Assembly (NCBI GenBank): GCA_002269645.1
Contig: NIVC01003195.1
Span: forward strand, 1-64,000
Length of the DNA: 64,000 nucleotides
From: Macrostomum lignano
Lineage: Eukaryota
Reading direction: 5' to 3'
Under the pieces are notes generated by a model that did no database searches, was not told the DNA's origin, and saw nothing but the letters and a program-made list of their open reading frames with translations. This document shows positions 38,046-52,400 of this stretch, piece by piece (positions within the stretch are counted from its first letter, which is position 1; each line of letters opens with the position of its first letter). Both the position numbers and the translations under genes were made by a program.

Positions 38046-38562
38046 TTACATACCAGCAGGCCATCTACAAAACGAACTTACCAGCTCTGTAATTTGGCAG
38101 GTACACATGGCAGTCTGCCATAAAGCCCAGCATTTACTATCTACATGGCACAGTCTAACAATAGACCTTACAGCTTACATCTGTAGATTGAGTAAATGGG
38201 TCTATCCAACTAATTTGAATAGAAATTAGCATAGTTAACCCTCTCGCCTACTTCTGCCACTGTCCCAAATTGTGGACCCAACACCCGGTTTCCTCTCCAC
38301 ACAGTGCAAAAGAAAATTCTAATGCTTTCAGTTTTATTGCTCGGGACACAAAATACAGAGTTTGTTTTCTTCAAAGCTGACGCTTCATCAACCAAAACAA
38401 CTCGCGTCAATTCCGAAAGCTCAGGTCGTGCGGAGCGGACTTTTCTGGATGAACACGTGTGTCATCAGCGACTATTAAATAATTGTCACGATTCTTTTGT
38501 CGCGCGCATCATCGTGACTTTAATGAGAAAAACACGGTGAGAGCCGGATTCAAGAATTACCA

Positions 38563-41038
38563 AGTTCTATCCTCACCTGAACTGCTTTCTATCCTCACCT
38601 GAGCTGCTTTCTATCCTCACCTGAGCTGCTTTCTATCCTCACCTGAACTGCTTTCTATCTTCACCTGAGCTGCTTTCTATCCTCACCTGAGCTGCTTTCT
38701 ATCCTCACCTGAGCTGCTTTCTATCCTCACCTGAGCTGCTTTCTATCCTCACCTGAACTGCTTTCTATCTTCACCTGAGCTGCTTTCTATCCTCACCTGA
38801 GCTGCTTTCTATCCTCACCTGAGCTGCTTTCTATCCTCACCTGAGCTGCTTTCTATCCTCACCTGAGCTGCTTTCTATCCTCACCTGAGCTGCTTTCTAT
38901 CCTCACCTGAACTGCTTTCTATCTTCACCTGAGCTGCTTTCTATCCTCACCTGAGCTGCTTTCTATCCTCACCTGAGCTGCTTTCTATCCTCACCTGAGC
39001 TGCTTTCTATCCTCACTTGAGCTGCTTTCTATCCTCACCTGAGCTGCTTTCTATCCTCACCTGAGCTGCTTTCTATCCTCACCTGAGCTGCTTTCTATCC
39101 TCACCTGAACTGCTTTCTATCTTCACCTGAGCTGCTTTCTATCCTCACCTGAACTGCTTTCTATCCTCACCTGAGCTGCTTTCTATCTTCACCTGAGCTG
39201 CTTTCTATCCTCACCTGAACTGCTTTCTATCTTCACCTGAGCTGCTTTCTATCCTCACCTGAGCTGCTTTCTATCCTCACCTGAGCTGCTTTCTATCTTC
39301 ACCTGAGCTGCTTTCTATCCTCACTTGAGCTGCTTTCTATCCTCACCTGAGCTGCTTTCTATCCTCACCTGAGCTGCTTTCTATCCTCACCTGAGCTGCT
39401 TTCTATCCTCACCTGAGCTGCTTTCTATCCTCACCTGAACTGTTTTCTATCTTCACCTGAGCTGCTTTCTATCCTCACCTGAGCTGCTTTCTATCCTCAC
39501 CTGAGCTGCTTTCTATCCTCACCTGAGCTGCTTTCTATCCTCACCTGAACTGCTTTCTATCTTCACCTGAGCTGCTTTCTATCCTCACCTGAGCTGCTTT
39601 CTATCCTCACCTGAGCTGCTTTCTATGCTCACCTGAGCTGCTTTCTATCCTCACCTGAGCTGCTTTCTATCCTCACCTGAGCTGCTTTCTATCCTCACCT
39701 GAGCTGCTTTCTATCCTCACCTGAGCTGCTTTCTATCCTCACTTGAGCTGCTTTCTATCCTCACCTGAGCTGCTTTCTATCCTCACCTGAGCTGCTTTCT
39801 ATCCTCACCTGAGCTGCTTTCTATCCTCACCTGAACTGTTTTCTATCTTCACCTGAGCTGCTTTCTATCCTCACCTGAGCTGCTTTCTATCCTCACCTGA
39901 GCTGCTTTCTATCCTCACCTGAGCTGCTTTCTATCCTCACCTGAGCTGCTTTCTATCCTCACCTGAGCTGCTTTCTATCCTCACCTGAGCTGCTTTCTAT
40001 CCTCACCTGAGCTGCTTTCTATCCTCACTTGAGCTGCTTTCTATCCTCACCTGAGCTGCTTTCTATCCTCACCTGAGCTGCTTTCTATCCTCACCTGAGC
40101 TGCTTTCTATCCTCACCTGAACTGTTTTCTATCTTCACCTGAGCTGCTTTCTATCCTCACCTGAGCTGCTTTCTATCCTCACCTGAGCTGCTTTCTATCC
40201 TCACCTGAGCTGCTTTCTATCCTCACCTGAGCTGCTTTCTATCCTCACCTGAGCTGCTTTCTATCCTCACCTGAGCTGCTTTCTATCCTCACCTGAGCTG
40301 CTTTCTATCCTCACTTGAGCTGCTTTCTATCCTCACCTGAGCTGCTTTCTATCCTCACCTGAGCTGCTTTCTATTCTCAACTGAGCTGCTTTCTATCCTC
40401 ACCTGAGCTGCTTTCTATCCTCACCTGAGCTGCTTTCTATTCTCAACTGAGCTGCTTTCTATCCTCACCTGAGCTGCTTTCTATCCTCACCTGAACTGTT
40501 TTCTATCCTCAACTGAGCTGCTTTTTAATCTCAACTGAGCTGCTTTCTATCTTCACCTGAGCTGCTTTCTATCCTCACCTGAGCTGCTTTCTATCCTCAC
40601 CTGAGCTGCTTTCTATCCTCACCTGAGCTGCTTTCTATCCTCATCTGAGCTGCTTTCTATGCTCACCTGAGCTGCTTTCTATCCTCACCTGAGCTGCTTT
40701 CTATCCTCACCTGAGATGCTTTCTATCCTCACCTGAGCTGCTTTCTATCCTCACCTGAGCTGCTTTCTATCCTCACCTGAGCTGCTTTCTATGCTCACCT
40801 GAGCTGCTTTCTACCCTCACCTGAGCTGCTTTATATGCTCACCTGAGCTGCTTTCTACCCTCACCTGAGCTGCTTTATATGCTCACCTGAGCTGCTTTCT
40901 ACCCTCACCTGAGCTGCTTTCTATCCTCACCTGAGCTGCTTTCTACCCTCACCTGAGCTGCTTTCTATCCTCACCTGAGCTGCTTTCTATCCTCATCTGA
41001 GCTGCTTTCTATCCTCACCTGAGCTGCTTTCTACCCTG
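38563..41038. repeat. 22-bp minisatellite (CTTTCTATCCTCACCTGAGCTG), longest array in the window
   Basis: More than 100 copies. Confidence 0.97.
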
Positions 41039-42239
41039 AGCTTGACAGTGGACATGAAAAAACACAGCTAATATTCAAGCGCACTGTTTAGGCAAATAAC
41101 CCAGGCTTGGACTGGACAGCGGTATGCCGCAAGAGAGCTGACAGAGAACACTAAACAGTATAGTATATATAAGTATATGTATTTATTTATAAAGCAGTGA
41201 GACAAAGCGATGGCAAATTAAAATTTTAAGTTCGCGCAAGAAACACCAGCTGGAATATATATTTTTGTTAGCTACATGCGGCACAGTTACAATAAAATGA
41301 TTGACGAATCAGGCTGATCGAGCGGAGCATCGATTTCAATATTGAATTTCAACTCTGCTCAAATTTCAAATATTCAAGCTAAGCACTATTCATACTAGAG
41401 TAAACACTTACTATTACAGACTCCAGATGTCACAAATTATTAAATAATAAAAGACGTACAGACAGACAGACAGAGACAGACAGACAGAAATATAATAAAA
41501 AACTAAAAAATGGCGGCGGCAGTGAACATACAGGAAAAGCTACTAACAACAGTAGTGTGTTAGGAACAGCATACTAGTATATGATTCGAGGACTGGGTCA
41601 GCCTCATGTGCAGGTATCTTTGTAGGAAAAACACACAGTCGCTTCGCAGAGATAAAGACTGTTTAAAGCCGAGCGAGAACCCAATTAGCTGCATATGTTT
41701 CGCACATGCACAAAGACTGATAGCGAAACGCAAAATAGAGAGACAACATCTATAATGTATAAAAATTGAAATAAATAAATGAAATATGACAGATATTCTT
41801 ATATTTTTTGAATTGGACACAACAAAGGACAAAAGAAAAATCTATCAATAAAAAGTACACAACTAATCTACCTTGCATATACCATTAGATCTCAGTTTTG
41901 GTCACACACTGCCTGAGCGTGTGGGTGAAAAAATCACAAAAATTAGGTTTAAAAAAGCGGTAAATAATTTCTATAACGATCTTGTATTATTAGCCAACAG
42001 GTGTTGAATTAGCATCAGGAGTGCGCTAGAAGGCCAACCAGCAGTTTTGTGGTCATAGATAATTAGCCAAGGAGATCTCTCTATATACCCACTATTAGTC
42101 TGCTAACATTAAAGGCTAGGCTAAGGTGAACAAAAAACGTCAAAGTCAACAACATTGATATAAGAGAGTCAAGAAGGTGGAAACAGTACTTGAATAAATA
42201 CGAGGGTTATCAAGGGAGTGTTACTTCTGAGCTGCTTAT

Positions 42240-42241
<2 letters not shown>

Positions 42242-42289
<48 letters not shown>
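42242..42289. repeat. (GA)n microsatellite
   Basis: About 24 perfect units. Confidence 0.97.
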
Positions 42290-42291
<2 letters not shown>

Positions 42292-42989
42292 CGAACTGCG
42301 TAGCTTTTGACCATAGACAGCGAATATGTCTATGGTCAAACGTTATAGTCCAGCCGCCTGGCCGCAGCGTGAAAACCCCAGGGTTTTGACCATAGACTAT
42401 AGCTCCTGCTGCTCTCAAGCATTAGCAGAAGCAGCTGGTGTCTGTGGCCCTAACCCCCGGGGTTTTTCGGGGTCTCGGAGACCTAGGTAAATTTAGAATA
42501 TCTGCTCTTAGTTACTGCACCACTTTTGACCATAGACAGCTAGCGGAGGCATGCGACACAAAATCAAATCAACAGCAACTATAGGGAATGCGCGAACACA
42601 ACATAACTCAAGCATTCGATATAAATAAGCACAAAGTAAAAGAAACAATGTCGGTCAACATTTAAAAAAGAATCCATTGATTTGTTCCGTAAAGCTTGAC
42701 AATGTTCGGTCTGGAATAAGCGTTGAAAAAGTTAATCCGGAGGTGCAGGGCTCAGTACACATGAATATAGAATGAATCACGAAGAACGGTGCTCAAAAAA
42801 CTATATTTATGTATAAATATAGATATTAGTGTCACGTGAAATACACAACAATGTATCAGCGGGAAATTACACAGCTTAGAAAAAAACAGAACTAACAGAA
42901 CTGGAACTGGGTATAGAGGGAAACGCAAATATGGTTTGTCTGTGCGATGCTGACTGTCCATCATCTACCGAATTTAAAGTAATTTAAGG

Positions 42990-43305
42990 TTTAGGGGCGG
43001 AGGTTTAAGGGCGGAAGTTTAAGGGCGGAGGTTTAGGGGCGGAAGTTTGAGGATGGAGGTTGAAGGGTGGAGCTTTAAGGGCGGATGTTTAAGGGAGGAG
43101 GTTTAAGGGCGGAGGTTTAGGGGCGGAGGTTTAGGGGCGGAGGTTTAAGGGCGGAGGTTTAAGGGTGGAGGTTTAAGGGCAGAGGTTTAAGGGCAGAGGT
43201 TTAAGGGCGGAGGTTTAAGGGCGGAGGTTTAAGGGTGGATGTTTAAGGGCGGAGGTTTAAGGGCGGAGGTTTAAGGGCGGAGGTTTAGAGGCGGAGGTTT
43301 AGGGG
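42990..43305. repeat. 14-bp G-rich minisatellite (GGGCGGAGGTTTAA)
   Basis: About 22 copies, ~170 bp downstream of the FERM gene stop. Confidence 0.95.
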
Positions 43306-43473
43306 ACGGAGACTCACTATAGCCTTTCTTTTCACATTTTTCCTTTTTTATATTATTTTTGAAACACGAAGAATCATATTCACACGTTATAGTTCTATCC
43401 ACAGTACTTTTGATCCCAAAAGTTGCGAAGTTATTCCCCACTAATCTGAGCTTAGAATCGCCCACAAATTAGT

Positions 43474-46400
43474 TTAGCGCAGCCTCGCGACAGCCGAGGC
43501 GCCAATTTCCATCAGGCGCGCCCTAGCAGGCGCGTAGAAGCGCTCGTGCACGTCGTGCGCAACGGGATGGCTGCGCAACCAGCGCAGCGGCTCGGGCGGC
43601 TCGCCGAGCTCGAACAGAACCACTGCGCCCAGCACGGCCAGCAGGGAGAAGCCGACGCTCAGCAGGAAGAGGGCGCGCAGGCGCGGGCACCGGGACCGAG
43701 ATGGCGGCCGCTGTACCGCCGTTTTGTCCGCCAGCCGGTCGGTTTTGTCACCGCCGGCCTGCGCTTGGCCGTCCACCTGGTCAAGCACCTTGTCCAGCTC
43801 GCTGAACGCTTCGTCCGCCTCGCCGTCGTGATTGTTGGGGAGGACCGCGGCGGCTGCGGCAGCTGAGGACACGATTGTCTCCTCGGCTACGCCGCTGTCC
43901 ACCTGGGGGCAGGAAATGGGAAATCGCAACATATCGGATGATGGATAAGCGTTGCTTTGCTGTCCTGTAACCGCCCACATCCCCCGATCTCCGCCCCATC
44001 CTACAACCTCCGCCCCCATCCGCCCAATCTCCGCCCCATCCCAAAACCTCCCATCCCCCAATCTCCGCTCCCATCCCCCAATCTCCGCCGCATCCCCCAA
44101 TCTCCGCTCCCATCCGCCCATCTCCGCTCCCATCCGCCCATCTCCGCTCCCATCCGCCAATCTCCGCTCCCATCTCACGACCTCCGCCCCCATCCCCCAA
44201 TCTCCGCTCCCATCCGCCAATCTCCGCTCCCATCTCACGACCTCCGCCCCCATCCCCAATCTCCGCTCCCATCCGCCAATCTCCGCTCCCATCTCACGAC
44301 CTCCGCCCCCATCCCCCAATCTCCGCTCCCATCCGCCAATCTCCGCTCCCATCTCACGACCTCCGCCCCCATCCCCCAATCTCCGCTCCCATCCCCCAAT
44401 CTCCGCCGCATCCCCCAATCTCCGCTCCCATCCGCCCATCTCCGCTCCCATCCGCCAATCTCCGCTCCCATCTCACGACCTCCGCCCCCATCCTCCAATC
44501 TCCGCCCCATCCCACAATCTCCGTCCCCAATTCCCCAGTGTATTCTCACATCCTTATCCCTGAACACATCGTCAGCAGCTGCAGCTTCGGCTTCGGCCTC
44601 AGCCTCGGCCTCCTCGGCGATGGTGTTCTCGATGCCGCTCTCCAGATCGCCGCCGCGCGACACCCGGTCGATATCGTGCACCAGGACGACGCTGTCATCG
44701 CCGGAGGCGGCAGCGGCACCTCCAACAGCTCCGTCGTCTAGCGGAGTTCGTCGCGGCGTCGACGTCGAGGCGTCGCCGGCGCCGTCCGGTTTCGAGCGCC
44801 GAGGAAAAGTGGCATAGCGCGAGTCGGTCTGCCCGCGACCGTCAGCCTGGGCCTGCTCCCGGCGGCTGTGGCTGCCCGGGCGGAGGGGGAAAGGGGGTCG
44901 GCGGTTTTCCTATCAAGCACAAAGCCCGTGCGCTCTTATCTGATGCAATTATCGCCTCAACAGATTTTAAAACCAATTTGCGCGCCTAGCGTAATTATCA
45001 ATACTATTATATTAGTACACGAATAAAAACAATATTAAATATGAGATAATTTGCTAGCTGCTTCTGTGATCTCGGTCATTAAAATACGATCATAGTATAT
45101 GTTCATTAGGTACAAAATTTATAGCGGAGAGAAAACTTGAACAGAACAGAAGTTGTTTTCAAATTTTAATTTGCATCCAAATGTACATCCCATGAACAGT
45201 CAGATGTACATATACGAAAGTCAGATGTACATCTATGAAATTCAGATGTACATTTTATGAATAATCAAACGTACATTGCATGAACAGTCAGATGTACATT
45301 TTATAAACAGTCAGATGTACATTCCATGAACAGTCAGATGTACATTCCGTAAACATTCAGATGTACGTTCTATGAACAGTCAGATGTACATTCCATGAAC
45401 AGTCAGATGTACATTCCATGAACAGTCAGATGTACATTCTGTACATCTGTACTAATTGATCAATTAATTAATAACCTATTTTATAGAATATACGCAGTTA
45501 TTAAATATGTGAACAGTTAGCATCTGAAAATAGTTCACTAAGTAAGCACACCTAATATTATAGTTTTAGATGTTAAGCGCCGGAAGTTATTACAAATGAA
45601 AAAGTCTGACTAAACAAACGGTCAATCTGAATGTCGCATAGGTTTTCATTTTGAGCATTATATGATTGTTAATGTGTTAGCGCTAATTTGAGTATACCCA
45701 GTTTTCGGTTTGATTGTTATCTCTCCGTATTGATTGATTGATTGCCTTTTACCTGAGACTGGAAAACTCTTCGCCATCGCTGCCGTCGCTTAGCGAGGGC
45801 GAGCGCACCGAGCGAAGGCGGCGAATTCTGGGAGAATTGCGCGAACTTTGGGCGCGCTGCAGTCTGCGCGTGCGGCGAAGAGGCGGGCGGCGGCATGCGG
45901 GTTAGGGCGGAGCTCTCTGGCGGGATCGGAGACTGGGAGGGGCGAAGGTTTAGGGATGGAGGAAATTTGGGGAGGGCGGTGATGAAAAAACTGGAAAGAT
46001 GGGAAGATACGGGGAAAATGGGAAAATGGGAAGAAATGGGAAAGATGGGAAAATGGGAAGAAATGGGGAAGATATGAGGAAGATGGAAAGCAATGGGGAA
46101 GATGGGACACCATTGGGGAAAATGGGAAGAAATGGGGAAGATGGGAAGAAATGGGGAAAATGGGAAGAAATGGGGAAGATGGGAAACAATGGGGAAGATG
46201 GGACACCATTGGGGAAAATGGGAAGAAATGGGGAAGATGGGAAGAAATGGGGAAAATGGGAAGAAATGGGGAAAATGGGAAACAATGGGGAAGATGGGAC
46301 ACCATTGGGGAAAATGAGACATCATGGTGAAAATGGGAAGAAATGGGGAAAATGGGAAGAAATGGGGAAAATGGGAAGAAATGGGGAAGATGGGAAGAAA

Positions 46401-49400
46401 TGGGGAAAATGGGAAGAAATGGGGAAGATGGGAAACAATGGGGAAGATGGGACACCATTGGGGAAAATGGGACATCATGGTGAAAATGGGAAGAAATGGG
46501 GAAAATGGGAAGAAATGGGGAAGATGGGAAACAATGGGGAAGATGGGACACCATTGGGGAAAATGGGACATCATGGTGAAAATGGGAAGAAATGGGGAAA
46601 ATGGGAAGAAATGGGGAAAATGGGAAACAATGGGGAAGACGAGAAGAAATGGGGAAGATGGGACATCATGGTGAAAATGGGAAAAAATGGGGATGGGAAG
46701 AAATGAGGAAGATGGGAAGCAATGAGAAAACTGGGAAGAGATAGGCAAGATGAGAAAAGTCATTGCAGCATAAGACTAGCACTATTAAGAGTTCAACAGA
46801 CAGCAACTAGCAAATAATGAAAACATTGTAAAACATCTATTATTTGGATAGATTATAGATAATAATGCACAACACTGAAATCGAACAACGGCACGGGTTA
46901 GGTAGCTTGATAAATAAACGTAAATCTAAAATCTGGCTGGTTCCTTACCGAACAAAGCCTGGCGCGGTGTGGTTGATGTTCAGAAAGTAGTCACTGTTGC
47001 TTAGCAGCTCCTTCTGTGAGCGGCCGCTGAAAAACAGAGGAAAGAAGTGACTCTAGAAGACTCTGAGAACTACGAGATGGCACGGTAAAAATCGTCGAAA
47101 AGTCGTTGACGAGTAAGAGTCAATTTGAAGCGTTTTATTGTCTGCGACTCTGAAACAATTCTGAAGCGACGCAAGTGGCTCTAGTGCGACGGTATGACGA
47201 TTCTGGCCCGCGTAGAGTCGTATTTGAGTACCATAGACATTTTGTCTAAGCTACACTTTGAGAGTGAGGCTGGGTGTGGGGCCATAGACTATTGTGTATC
47301 AATGGCATTGTACCATAGACATTTTGTCTGAGCTACACTTTGAGAGTGAGGGCTAGATGTGGGGCCATAGACTATTGTGTATCAATGACATTGTACCATA
47401 GACATTTTGTTCTAAGCTACACTTTGAGAGTGAGGGCTGGGTGTGGGGCCATAGACTATTGTGAATTAATGACATTGTACCATAGACATTTTTAACGAGC
47501 TACACTTTGAGAGTGAGGGCTGGGTGTGGGGCCATAGACTATTGTGTATCAATGACATTGTACCATAGACATTTTGTTCTAAGCTACACTTTGAGAGTGA
47601 GGGCTGGGTGTGGGGCCATAGACTATTGTGTATCAATGACATTGTACCATAGACATTTTGTTCTAAGCTACACTTTGAGAGTGAGGGCTGGGTGTGGGGC
47701 CATAGACTATTGTGTATCAATAACATTGTACCATAGACATTTTTAATAAGCTACACTTTGAGAGTGGGTGTTTGGTGTAGGGCCATAGACTATTGTGTAT
47801 CAATGGCATTGTACCATAGACATTTTTAATGAGCTACACTTTGAGAGTGAAGGTTGGGTGTGGGGCCATAGACTATTGTGTATCAATGACATTGTACCAT
47901 AGACATTTTTAACGAGCTACACTTTGAGAGTGAGGGCTAGATGTGGGGCCATAGACTATTGTGTATCAATGACATTGTACCATAGACATTTTTAATAAGC
48001 TACACTTTGAGAGTGGGTGTTTGGTGTAGGGCCATAGACTATTGTGTATCAATGACATTGTACCATAGACATTTTGTTCTAAGCTACACTTTGAGAGTGA
48101 GGGCTAGATGTGGGGCCATAGACTATTGTGTATCAATGACATTGTACCATAGACATTTTTAATGAGCTACACTTTGAGAGTGAGGCTGGGTGTGGGGCCA
48201 TAGACTATTGTGTATCAATGGCATTGTACCATAGACATTTTTAATGAGCTACACTTTGAGAGTGAGGGCTGGGTGTGGGGCCATAGACTATTGTGAATTA
48301 ATGACATTGTACCATAGACATTTTTAACGAGCTACACTTTGAGAGTGAGGGCTGGGGGTGGGGCCATAGACTATTGTGTATCAATGACATTGTACCATAG
48401 ACATTTTGTTCTAAGCTACACTTTGAGAGTGAGGGCTGGGTGTGGGGCCATAGACTATTGTGTATCAATGACATTGTACCATAGACATTTTGTTCTAAGC
48501 TACACTTTGAGAGTGAGGGCTGGGTGTGGGGCCATAGACTATTGTGTATCAATAACATTGTACCATAGACATTTTTAATAAGCTACACTTTGAGAGTGGG
48601 TGTTTGGTGTAGGGCCATAGACTATTGTGTATCAATGGCATTGTACCATAGACATTTTTAATGAGCTACACTTTGAGAGTGAAGGTTGGGTGTGGGGCCA
48701 TAGACTATTGTGTATCAATGACATTGTACCATAGACATTTTTAACGAGCTACACTTTGAGAGTGAGGGCTAGATGTGGGGCCATAGACTATTGTGTATCA
48801 ATGACATTGTACCATAGACATTTTTAATAAGCTACACTTTGAGAGTGGGTGTTTGGTGTAGGGCCATAGACTATTGTGTATCAATGACATTGTACCATGG
48901 ACATTTCTCACATTTCTCCATAACATTCTCATAACATTTCTCTAGCAAAAGTTCAGCGCCAACGCACAGACTCTTGGACGACTCTATCGCGACTCTTTCA
49001 CAATTCTATAACTCGCGTGACGCGCTTGCGTCGCAACAGTCACCTCTCCGTCGCATTACACGCGTTTTGAGTCGTTAAAAAGTCACAAGAGTCGCCCATA
49101 GTCGCTAGAGTCACTAGTGAGCTGTTTGCAACAACTTAGCAATTCTTGTGACGGTATCGTTTTCAACGGGCAGGATTACCAGTACAGATATGCCAATAAA
49201 GCATAAATAATCTCTCTCCTACCTGAACCGGAAGCTGCTGTGCCGTTGCTTGAACAAGCCGGCCTTGGCTTTCATTACGCGGGCCTCCGTGCCTTTGTTT
49301 AGCCTGAGAAAATGACAGCAATAGTTTTTTGCATTGCTATATGCTATTGCTCAAAGTTCACTCACAAGTTGCTCAAATCACTCTCACAAGTTGCTAAAAC

Positions 49401-52400
49401 CTCATTCACAAATTGCTCAAATCACTCTCACAAGTTGCTCAAATCACTCTCACAAATTTCTCAAACCTCATTCACAAATTTCTCAAACCTCATTCACAAA
49501 TTGCTCAAATCACTCTCACAAGTTGCTCAAATCACTCTCACAAGCTGCTCAAATCACTCTCACAAGTTGCTCAAATCACTCTCACAAATTTCTCAAATTT
49601 CACCCACAAATTGCTCAAATCTCATTAACAAATTGCTCAAATCTCATCCCATGTTGCTCAAATCTCACTCACAAATTGCTCAAATCTCATCCCATGTTGC
49701 TCAAATCTCACCCACAAATTGCTCAAATATCGTCCCATGTTTCTCAAACCCCACCCACAAATTGCTCATATCTCACCCACAAATTTCTCAAATCTCACCC
49801 AAAAATTGCTCAAATCTCACCCACAAATTGCTCAAATCTCACTTACAAATTGCTCAAATCTCATCCCATATTGGTCAAATCTCATCCTATGTTGCTCAAA
49901 TCTCACACACAAATTGCTCAAATCTCACTCACAAATTGCTTAAATCTCACTCACAAATTGCTCAAATCTCACTCACAAATTGCTCAAATCTCACCCACAA
50001 ATTGCTCAAATCTCACTTACAAATTGCTCAAATCTCACTTACAAATTGCTCAAATCTCATCCCATATTGATCAAATCTCATCCTATGTTGCTCAAATCTC
50101 ACACACAAATTGCTCAAATCTCACTCACAAATTGCTTAAATCTCACTCACAAATTGCTCAAATCTCACTTACAAATTGCTCAAATCTCACTTACAAATTG
50201 CTCAAATCTCACTTACAAATTGCTCAAATCTCATCCCATATTGCTCAAATCTCATCCCCTGCTGCTCAAAACTCATCCCATGTTGCTCAAATCTCATTTA
50301 CAAATTGCTCAAATCTCATCCCATATTGCTCAAATCTCATCCCATGCTGCTCAAAACTCATCCCATGTTGCTCAAATCTCATTTACAAATTGCTCAAATC
50401 TCACTTACAAATTGCTCAAATCTCATCCCATATTGCTCAAATCTCATCCCCTGCTGCTCAAAACTCATCCCATGTTGCTCAAATCTCATTTACAAATTAC
50501 TCAAATCTCACTTACAAATTGCTCAAATCTCATCCCATGTTGCTCAAATCTCGTCCCATGTTGCTCAAATCTCATCCCATGTTGCTCAAATCTCGTCCCA
50601 TGTTGCTCAAATCTCATCCCATGTTGCTCAAATCTCACACACAAGTTGCTCAAATCTCACTCACAAATTGCTTAAATCTCACTCACAAATTGCTCAAATC
50701 TCTTGCACAAATTTCTCAAATCTCATCCCATGTTGCTCAAATGTCACCCAATGCTACTATAATCCCATGATTTCGTTGCTCAAGTCTCAACCCCAAGTTT
50801 GTGAAAACCTTAAAAGCCTTATTTGCAAGACACTGATTGAGCAGTCATGAACCGCAGAACTGGAACTCACGTATAGAACATCTGCTGCTCGAGAGACCAG
50901 GCCCACAGAGCTGAGGCGGCTGCCCGACTCTCGCATTTGAAGCCAAGCAGGTGACGCTTCTGACAGTGCAGGGGCGAGGGGCGGGGGATGTGCATGTAAG
51001 TAAATAGCTCATTGAGCTAACTTGAGGGCCTTTCTTAATCTCCGCAAACAGACCACTTTTGCAGGCTGACATACAAGCGTAAAATAGGCTACCGGGGGCT
51101 TTAGGGGAGATTCCTAAATGACAGTTTTGAGGGGCGATTCCTAATTGACAGTTTTGAGGAGCGATTCCTAATTGACAGTTTTGAGGAGCGATTCCTAAAT
51201 AGCAGTTTTGAGGAGCGATTCCTAATTGACAGTTTTGATGGGCGATTCCTAATTGACAGTTTTGAGGAGCGATTCCTAATTGACAGTTTTGAGGGGCGAT
51301 TCCTAATTGACAGTTTTGAGGGGCGATTTCTAAATGGCAGTTTTGAGGGGCGATTCCTAATTGACAGTTTTGAGGGGCGATTCCTAAATGGCAGTTTTGA
51401 GGGGCGATTCCTAAATGGCAGTTTTGAGGGGCGATTCCTAAATGGCAGTTTTGAGGAGCGATTCCTAATTGACAGTTTTGAGGGGCGATTCCTAAATAGC
51501 AGTTTTGAGGAGCGATTCCTAATTGACAGTTTTGAGGGGCGATTCCTAATTGACAGTTTTGAGGAGCGATTCCTAATTGACAGTTTTGAGGGGCGATTCC
51601 TAATTGACAGTTTTGAGGGGTGATTTCTAAATGACAGTTTTGAGGGGCGATTTCTAAATGGCAGTTTTGAGGGGCGATTCCTAATTGACAGTTTTGAGGG
51701 GCGATTCCTAAATGGCAGTTTTGAGGGGCGATTCCTAAATGGCAGTTTTGAGGGGCGATTCCTAAATGGCAGTTTTGAGGGGCGATTCCTAATTGACAGT
51801 TTTGAGGGGCGATTCCTAAATGGCAGTTTTGAGGGGCGATTCCTAAATGGCAGTTTTGAGGGGCGATTCCTAAATGGCAGTTTTGAGGGGCGATTCCTAA
51901 ATGGCAGTTTTGAGGGGCGATTCCTAAATGACAGTTTTGAGGGGCGATTCCTAAATGGCAGTTTTGAGGGGCGATTCCTAATTGACAGTTTTGAGGGGCG
52001 ATTCCTAAATGGCAGTTTTAAGGGGCGATTCCTAATTGACAGTTTTGAGGGGCGATTCCTAAATGGCAGTTTTGAGGGGCGATTCCTAAATGGCAGTTTT
52101 GAGGGGCGATTCCTAAATGGCAGTTTTGAGGGGCGATTCCTAAATGGCAGTTTTGAGGGGCGATTCCTAATTGACAGTTTTGAGGGGCGATTCCTAAATG
52201 GCAGTTTTGAGGGGCGATTCCTAAATGGCAGTTTTGAGGGGCGATTCCTAAATGGCAGTTTTGAGGGGCGATTCCTAAATGGCAGTTTTGAGGGGCGATT
52301 CCTAATTGACAGTTTTGAGGGGCGATTCCTAAATGGCAGTTTTGAGGGGCGATTCCTAAATGACAGTTTTGAGGGGCGATTTCTAAATGGCAGTTTTGAG

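Noticed and set aside
35875-41038. CRISPR-like arrays
   Set aside because: Units are contiguous with no unique spacers, there are no cas genes, and the context is eukaryotic.
42990-43305. Telomere-like TTTAGGG repeat
   Set aside because: The unit is 14 bp and TTTA(A/G)GGG is only part of it; not a telomeric array.
44738-45897. Separate gene starting at ATG 45897 or near 44817
   Set aside because: Both segments fit in phase as exons 13 and 14 of the FERM gene (a CTAAC branch point precedes exon 13; a pyrimidine tract precedes exon 14).
49312-50850. 478-aa and overlapping ORFs
   Set aside because: Intronic 21/22-bp minisatellite, antisense to the FERM gene.
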